A stretch of DNA of 64,000 nucleotides from Oculina patagonica (Eukaryota). This document shows positions 57,471 to 64,000 of the stretch, piece by piece (within the stretch, counting starts at the first letter, position 1; every line of letters starts with the position of its first letter). The notes beneath the pieces were generated by a model, which worked only from the letters and a program-made list of their open reading frames with translations, searched no databases and had not been told where the DNA came from. The position numbers and the translations under genes were made by a program. Location of the stretch: assembly GCF_052425735.1 (NCBI RefSeq), contig NC_135759.1, positions 1,860,001 to 1,924,000 of the forward strand, written 5' to 3'.

Positions 57471-58973
57471 ATGTGCCAATCATATTGTCTATCATGTAAA
57501 AAACAAACCAAATCATTAAAATCTAAAAAGGTAAAAGCTAAAAATGGTCGGCTTATGGAAAAATCAGTTTGTCAAATATGCAGGAAGAATAAGAGTAAAT
57601 TTATTAAAGGAGGTGCTATTTCAAAGCGTAAGCCCCCTTCTGCTATTGAATATGACATGAGAGGTTCTGGCATTGATATTCAAAAACACTTATCAAAACT
57701 TGGAGAATTACATATGAGAACACCTACAGGAAAAAAGTACAATTATTGTGGACCTGGTACTAAATTAGAAGAAAGATTAGCTTCTAACGATCCTAAATAT
57801 AAAAATCCAATAAACAATCTTGATAGCATATGTCAACAGCATGATATTGACTACAGTAATTCAAAATCACTAGCTGATAAACATAAGGCAGATGATCTTA
57901 TGCTTAAGAGAATATCAAAAATACCATTTAAAGACCGTCCGTGGGGAACAACAGGGGTACAAGCTTTAATCGCTAGTAAAAGAAAAATCGGATTGGGTAT
58001 AAAAAAAAAAGAAGCCAAAAAACGGAAAACGGCGTTGAGTAAAAATGATTGGTCTCAACAATTAGCCGATGAGTTACATAAACCAATCAGACGAAAATTT
58101 AAAACTAGAAGAGTAATATCAAATGGAATTGACGAGATATGGTCTGCTGATTTAGTTTTTATGGATAAACTTTCAAAATGGAATAAAGGTTATAAATATC
58201 TATTGACTATAATTGACGTATTCAGTAAATTCGCTTGGGCTATACAATTGAAAGATAAGAAAGGTGCATCAATAACTAACGCTTTCAACAATATTGTCAT
58301 TAATGACAAGCGTAAACCTGAATATCTCTGGGTCGATAAGGGATCTGAATTTTATAACAAAACATTCAAGGAATGGCTAAAGCAAAATGATGTTAACATA
58401 TATTCCACTTTTAATGAAGGTAAAGCTGTTGTTATTGAGAGATTTAATAGAACTTTGAAAAATAAAATGTACAAACAGTTTACTATTCAAGGTAATACAC
58501 AGTATCTTGAAATGCTACCAAAAATAGTAAAAGAATATAACAATACAAAACATAGCTCTATCAAAATGACACCCATAGAAGCTTCAAAGAAAAAGAATGA
58601 AGGAACTGTTTACTTTAACCTATACGGTGATATGGAGCCATTATCAGCTAAACCAAAATTTAAGGTTGGTGACAAGGTCCGAATATCTAAGTATAAACGA
58701 ATTGTTTTCGATAAGGGTTATACACCGAATTGGAGTGAAGAAATGTTCGTAATTACTAAGATCCAACATACTAATCCCATTACATACAAATTGAAAGACT
58801 TCAGAGATGAGGAAATACAAGGTAGCTTTTATGAACCTGAATTATTAAAAGCAAAACAGGATGTATTCAGAATTGATAAAGTGATCCGTAGAGACTACAA
58901 AAAGAAACACGCTCTTGTCAAATGGAAGGGATATAATGATGACTTTAACAGCTGGATTCCAATGAAAGATTAA
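57471..58973 (+). CDS. Zn ribbon + parvovirus-type phospholipase A2 + retroviral-like integrase + chromodomain
   Basis: YCLSC...CQIC; PLA2 YNYCGPGT and NNLDSICQQHDIDY; DDE triad in WSADL, WVDKGSEF and IERFNRTLK; chromodomain VKWKGY....NSWIP. Confidence 0.92.
   Translation: MCQSYCLSCKKQTKSLKSKKVKAKNGRLMEKSVCQICRKNKSKFIKGGAISKRKPPSAIEYDMRGSGIDIQKHLSKLGELHMRTPTGKKYNYCGPGTKLEERLASNDPKYKNPINNLDSICQQHDIDYSNSKSLADKHKADDLMLKRISKIPFKDRPWGTTGVQALIASKRKIGLGIKKKEAKKRKTALSKNDWSQQLADELHKPIRRKFKTRRVISNGIDEIWSADLVFMDKLSKWNKGYKYLLTIIDVFSKFAWAIQLKDKKGASITNAFNNIVINDKRKPEYLWVDKGSEFYNKTFKEWLKQNDVNIYSTFNEGKAVVIERFNRTLKNKMYKQFTIQGNTQYLEMLPKIVKEYNNTKHSSIKMTPIEASKKKNEGTVYFNLYGDMEPLSAKPKFKVGDKVRISKYKRIVFDKGYTPNWSEEMFVITKIQHTNPITYKLKDFRDEEIQGSFYEPELLKAKQDVFRIDKVIRRDYKKKHALVKWKGYNDDFNSWIPMKD
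58017..58089 (+). promoter_or_regulatory. Putative -1 programmed ribosomal frameshift signal
   Basis: AAAAAAC (58017-58023), 6-nt spacer, stem 1 CGGC-GTTGAG / CTCAAC-(AATTA)-GCCG, stem 2 TGATTGGT (58046-58053) / ACCAATCA (58082-58089). Confidence 0.7.
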
Positions 58974-58980
58974 CAACATA

Positions 58981-59545
58981 TTTAAACGCACTATTAATGA
59001 TATAAGAAATTAATATATTGTGTTATTAATATATAACAATTGATGTTTTGGAATGATAATATTGTTAATGGCCGATACCAGAGATGGTTTACCAAAGAAG
59101 ACAAAATGAAAGCTATAAGGCGCACAAAAGCCCGTTATATGCAAAATACACGATGGTTTTGTGAGCAATGTAAAAAAGAGTACAGTCTGGGTAGCAAGTG
59201 GACCCATATAAGACAATCCCATTCGAACGCAGTATAAAAAAAGTTTAAAAAAGAGTATAAGAAGTTTTTTTTATTTTGAACCTAGGGTTGAGTTAGGCTT
59301 GGTTTTACAGGCTTGGTTTTCTAGGGTTTGAATTTCAGTTTTTGATTCTAATATTTGATTCCAATATTTGAATCCATTTTTGATTCTATTTTTGATTTTA
59401 TTTTTGATTCCATGTTTGATTCTATTTTTTGATTCTATTTTTGATTCTATTTTTTGAATCCAGTGCTGTGCAGTAGTATAGGAGTTGGGGATGTAAGAGA
59501 TTATAAAATTTTTTATGATCTCGTACCCCCAACTCCTATACTACT
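58981..59545 (-). repeat. Right terminal inverted repeat (565 bp)
   Basis: Reverse complement of 42288-42858; begins 8 bp after the integrase stop codon. Confidence 0.95.
59043..59237 (+). CDS. TIR-encoded small C2H2 zinc-finger protein (64 aa)
   Basis: WFCEQCKKEYSLGSKWTHIRQSH = C-x2-C-x11-H-x4-H preceded by a basic helix; internal paralogue at 47354-47581. Confidence 0.65.
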   Translation: MFWNDNIVNGRYQRWFTKEDKMKAIRRTKARYMQNTRWFCEQCKKEYSLGSKWTHIRQSHSNAV

Positions 59546-60462
59546 GTTTTAACCTTTCAAAAATTAGAGCGTTCGAAACTAAATAAGATCCGTAATCACA
59601 AACAACATACAGCCGTTTACCAGCACTCTTTAAAACTCCTGAAACCCTTCAAAATCAGGCAAAATAAATCTTTGAAATAACCTTTATCAATGTTTCTTAT
59701 TTTTTATTCAGTTCTATAAAATGCCTTTCATACACTACTGTCAAACAAAAATTTCCTCAAAGTTTCAAGACAAAAGAATAACAAATATTTCGTGCACAAT
59801 GTAATTTGATTAAGCCAATATTATCACGTCTAAAAATACTTCAAGCAATTCAGTGAAAACCCGTTTTTTTTTCGTATCAACGAAAACCACTTTCGAATAA
59901 TCAATACATGAAAATAACAATAAGATCAAAAGGAAGAAAGGAACCTTTCTAATTATTTGAAGACTTTCAAAGCCGTGATATTATGCATCCAATCCGCGAT
60001 AAAATTTAATTACAACAAAATCCAAGTTCTCATTTTGAAGTCCATTTTTTTCAGTTGATACCTTTATCCAACTTGTGAAAAATTCCATTCAAGTTCCTAT
60101 TAATACTGTACATTCCCAATGTTTTGCTCAGGTCTTCAGAAGCGTCTTACTAACCAAATCTAAAATAATTCCAAAACATGCTGTACAAACATTCTACTCT
60201 TTGTGACAAACGACTTGACGACCAATTGTTCAGAAATGAAAATCGACACAGTTTTTGCTAAATAAAAAAAAAAGTTTTACGGCGGAGTCAGGCTCAAAAA
60301 ATATACCGCAAGATCACACCCCCATTCATAGTCAGAAACCAGCAAACCATCTAGTTTGCTAAAAAAAACACTGCGTGACATCAATGACGCTACCTTTTTC
60401 ATTTACAAAAATAACTTTAACTTGTCAAAGTAAGTGCAATTTCACAATGGTGAATATCAGTA

Positions 60463-61517
60463 CAGTATGGGGCCCAGTTCTCGGCCGGGTCCAGTTCTCG
60501 GCCACTTTGTGTTTAACGCGTTTTTTCACACTCCAGTTGAATTAAAAGAAAAAGGTATTTCCTTCAAACGATAGACTGATTCATGTGCTTTAAGTATCTT
60601 GAGTTTGATCGTTCAATTCGATATAGAAAGCTCACACGTCGAGTTTACGCGGAGGTAGGTGAATTTGCATTCCCGAAAAATTTGTTTGTTTACGGCTCCT
60701 TAAAATTCATGGATGTAGTTAAATTCGTATTTTATCCAAAAGCCCCCACCATACGAGCTAATTTTTGGCATGTAAAACGTAGAATAATTCAGCTTTCTGC
60801 TTTAGTTAACTTTTCGTTGAACCGTTGTATTTTTTGGTCTTAATTTACTTCGAAAGTTTTTCTTGCGACGTTTGCGTATTTGCCAGTTCTCGGCCACCCT
60901 GCTCGCTATCACAGCTTAGCGCTTGGTTTTTAATATAATTTCATCTGCTGCTGCCAGAATGAAAGAAATAAATGTTTTAAAAATAAAGTTCAATCTTATC
61001 TCTAAGTTTTGAGCTGACTCTTGTCTTGTCTATTATTTCTACAACACCTAAATCTTTCAAGACCTTTTCACTGCAAAATAAACCATCTAAATGCACGGGT
61101 CACACAATGCGGTTTTGCCAGAACCTGCACATAGGCAACTAGGCGCGTTGAAATCCTTCTTTTCTAAAGTAAAACAAAGCCTCATAAAAATAATTTGGGA
61201 TCGATATAACATAAATAGGTTTACAGAGTGATTTTATGACTGTGAAAATTAATTTAGCATTTTTTTTTTACAGATAATTACGCACAAGCTTTTTAGTCGC
61301 CGAGAACTGGGACAAGGTGGCCGAGAACTGGGCCCACAAATGGAGCTTTTATTTTTATTATTGCTCGGGCAAATTAATTTTTGACCGGTCGATAGCTTTA
61401 CACCAAAAAGCTGAATAATGTAGCTAGCTCTGGGAGAAATTTCAAGTTCCTGCGGTTCTTCTGAGATAAGAAATACAAGTTTACGTCAAAAGTGGCCGAG
61501 AACTGGGCCCCATACTG
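60463..61517. mobile_element. Tc1/mariner (pogo-like) MITE
   Basis: TIR CAGTATGGGGCCCAGTTCTCGGCC / GGCCGAGAACTGGGCCCCATACTG; TA duplication (60461-60462, 61518-61519); paralogous empty site with a single TA at 41572-41573. Confidence 0.92.
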
Positions 61518-62047
61518 TACTTTGCCCCGTAAGCTTTTTTCTCTGTCCTTCCGCCGAAGCAAAAAAACACAACCTGATTACACATTAACCCAAAAGTCGA
61601 CCAAGTGTGCCTGCAACGATTTCCTGTCAAAACTAAAATGAAAACCATTGCGGTATGCGTCACCCGTAGCGGTTTTGTAGCAACCCCAAGCTATCCCCGT
61701 CTTTTTGGCCGACAGGAGACTATGCTCTAGGACGACCAAAGGGTAAACTATAAATCGGCCACGCCCGATTAATAAATGCGAAAATTTACTCAGTTGTCTC
61801 CAAACTAGAGAGAAAAGAATATTACAAATTCTACGTTAGAATACATCGAGGGTTCTAGGTGACCGGATAAATGCATTCGATGAGACCGAAATTCTGTTCT
61901 ATTTGCAGTATTTGTAACGGCATTTCTTCAAAAGGGAGACATTTGAAAATGTCTATTTCCGTACGTTCTCCCTGATGGCTGTATTTTCCCACAAATACCG
62001 GTATCAATCATGCACGAAGAAGCAAAATGAAACTTCAGTTGTAGCTA

Positions 62048-62538
62048 CCTTATTATTTACTAATTTTCGCGATTTTCGCGATTTCAAAGTAATCGCGAAA
62101 TTTAGTACGCGCGAAAAAAAAACATTGCGCGAAATTTAAACACGCGAAAATTAATACCATATTTTATATCAAAACAAAAAAGTTTTAAATGTTTGGAACT
62201 GCAACTATCTACCTTTAAAAATATCTTTCTGTCTTGTTTTTGACTAGCACCCTTCCTCTGATTACTGTTTCGAGCTTGTAAATTAGTTCAAAACCTCATT
62301 AGTATAGTCGATTTGAGGTTTCTATTTGAAAGCTCCTTGTAATGGGCCAGACCTGTGTGTCTCAGGTTGTTTTCTGAGTCTTTGACGGCATGACTGATCC
62401 ATAAAACACTGACAAAGTCGCGAAATTTAATACATTTTTCCTCTAATTCTTCTTGAAATCGCGAAAATTAATACTCTCGAAATTCGGCTCTCGAATTTTC
62501 GCAAAATTAAGTACGCGCGAAAATTAGTAAGAATAAGG
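62048..62538. mobile_element. TA-flanked MITE with CGCGAAA(A/T)TT subterminal repeats
   Basis: ta-CCTTATTATTTACTAATTTTCGCG ... CGCGAAAATTAGTAAGAATAAGG-ta. Confidence 0.75.
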
Positions 62539-64000
62539 TAGTCCACTACAACTTCGTTTGAGCGGGCACTGCTGACTAGTAATCGCTTTTTTTAAAAACG
62601 TGATTCATCGGGAAGAGTATATTTTCTAAACTAAACAAACGATTTTGAGCAGAGTATTTTAAAGATTCGATACAACCAAGTATACAAACGAGGAGGAAGC
62701 GGAAATGATTGACACCCACCAAAACTCCACTTTCCGTCTACACTTTTTGCTCCGAAGACTTCGTGTGATTGACTACCGCAGTACTTCTAGAATTCACGAT
62801 TGGGAAAATAATCCTTGTATTTTTTTTTGAAGAAAACAGGCTTCAGAATTCGAAGTTTAGAAAAAATATAGAGAAACTTTGACCAAAGTTATTATATACA
62901 AAGACGTTTGATTCTGAATCTTATTCTTAAAGTGTCCTTCATTCGCTCTATGGTTCGTACAGAAAATAGCATGTCAGTTTTCGTTTAATCAAATGACCAT
63001 GCAGTTTTCGATAAAAAGGAAAACAACTATTATTTTTTTAATAACCACTTTTAACTGTGTTGAATTAGTTCTATCATAAACATTTCACAACTGAAAAAGG
63101 TACACAGTTTATGTTCAATGATAAAATATAGGAATTTCAAACGCATTTTGTTTACTTGTAAGCGGTGTTTGCAGAGAAAACATTTACATTTGACTGTACT
63201 AATCGATAACCAATTTTTCGTTGGCAAATGCGATAAGTATTTTGTTTGTGGAAGAAAATACATTCTTTTCTGTTAGGATTTTTTCATAGGAACGTTGAGG
63301 ATGATATTAATCTCTGCTGTAGAATGCAAATAGAGCCACATTATTACAATAGGCGAAGCTGTTGATTGATTATTTTTGCGTCGATTAAAATTAGTGACCA
63401 TAAACTTCTTCGTGACTGTTCTTGGTGTTCAAAGCAAAGAAAATCTACTACTTTTTAAATTTGTGCCATAGCCCAACAAAATAAACAAAATAAGCAATTA
63501 AGAAATAACAGCGAATGAGGCTGGCTTTGTTTTACGCAAATGGCGCTGAGCGGCGGGTAGAAAGCAGGGTCGGGTAGCGGCTCTCACAGAGTCTCGCATG
63601 ATGGCTCGCACTTCTTCGAGAGCGCAAAGAACAAACAGCAGCAGCAATGTTAGTAGCTCCAAAAAGCAATAGCAACTGCCACACTAGAGGACCGGAAGAA
63701 TTAAAAGCTTACGCCGGGGGAGTTGCTACACTATTGTAGCCCCTTAAATAGTTGCTGATTAGCGTTTTACGTACAAGAACCTTGAAACGTTCGCGGTGCT
63801 TTTCTGCTTTCCTTACATTAAGTTATCTGTTCACATGCAAATTAAGTTTGATAAAACTGAAGCCGGAAACTAGTCAAATAGGAAGTTAAGAAGATAGAAT
63901 GTGTAACTCTCAGATGACGTCAACGTAAAGTACAATGCAATGAAAGAAATCCTCTATATTTTCTCTCAGTGCTAACAAAGTCTTTAAGACTTGTCGCGCG

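Larger units (their letters stand above)
42288..59545. mobile_element. Full-length Polinton/Maverick (adintovirus-like endogenous dsDNA virus), 17,258 bp
   Basis: 6-bp TSD GTTTTA (42282-42287, 59546-59551); AGTAGT...ACTACT termini; ~570-bp TIRs; pPolB, integrase, ATPase, protease and two capsid ORFs. Confidence 0.97.

Overview
AT-rich animal genomic DNA, probably from a cnidarian such as a stony coral (inferred only from gene and repeat style). Host genes in the first 30 kb: two tandem two-exon myosin regulatory light chain genes, two convergent aminergic-type class A GPCR paralogues, and between the GPCRs a spliced Crypton/tyrosine-recombinase-derived (DUF3504-like) gene that lacks the catalytic Tyr. 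Many MITEs, a tRNA-derived SINE and LINE fragments are scattered throughout. At 35.8-38.9 kb, two 5'-truncated Penelope retroelements form a near-perfect 3.1-kb palindrome, each with a hammerhead-like motif. The main feature is a full-length 17.26-kb Polinton/Maverick endogenous virus (42288-59545; 6-bp TSD GTTTTA, AGTAGT ends, ~570-bp TIRs). It encodes pPolB, packaging ATPase, minor and major capsid proteins, an adenain-type protease, a PLA2-integrase-chromodomain ORF, a fibre-like protein and a VLTF3-like factor. The sequence suggests a regulatory architecture for this element: 74-nt terminal fold-back hairpins, a positionally conserved TCTA/AT-rich box before most genes, a second TTTAAACGCAC box before replication-side genes, an 8 x 11-bp array in the divergent promoter, a -1 frameshift signal (A AAA AAC plus pseudoknot) before the integrase, and GxG cleavage-like sites in several small virion proteins. 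This copy has a nonsense codon in pPolB and a frameshift in the protease. All family assignments come from motifs read by eye; no searches were run.
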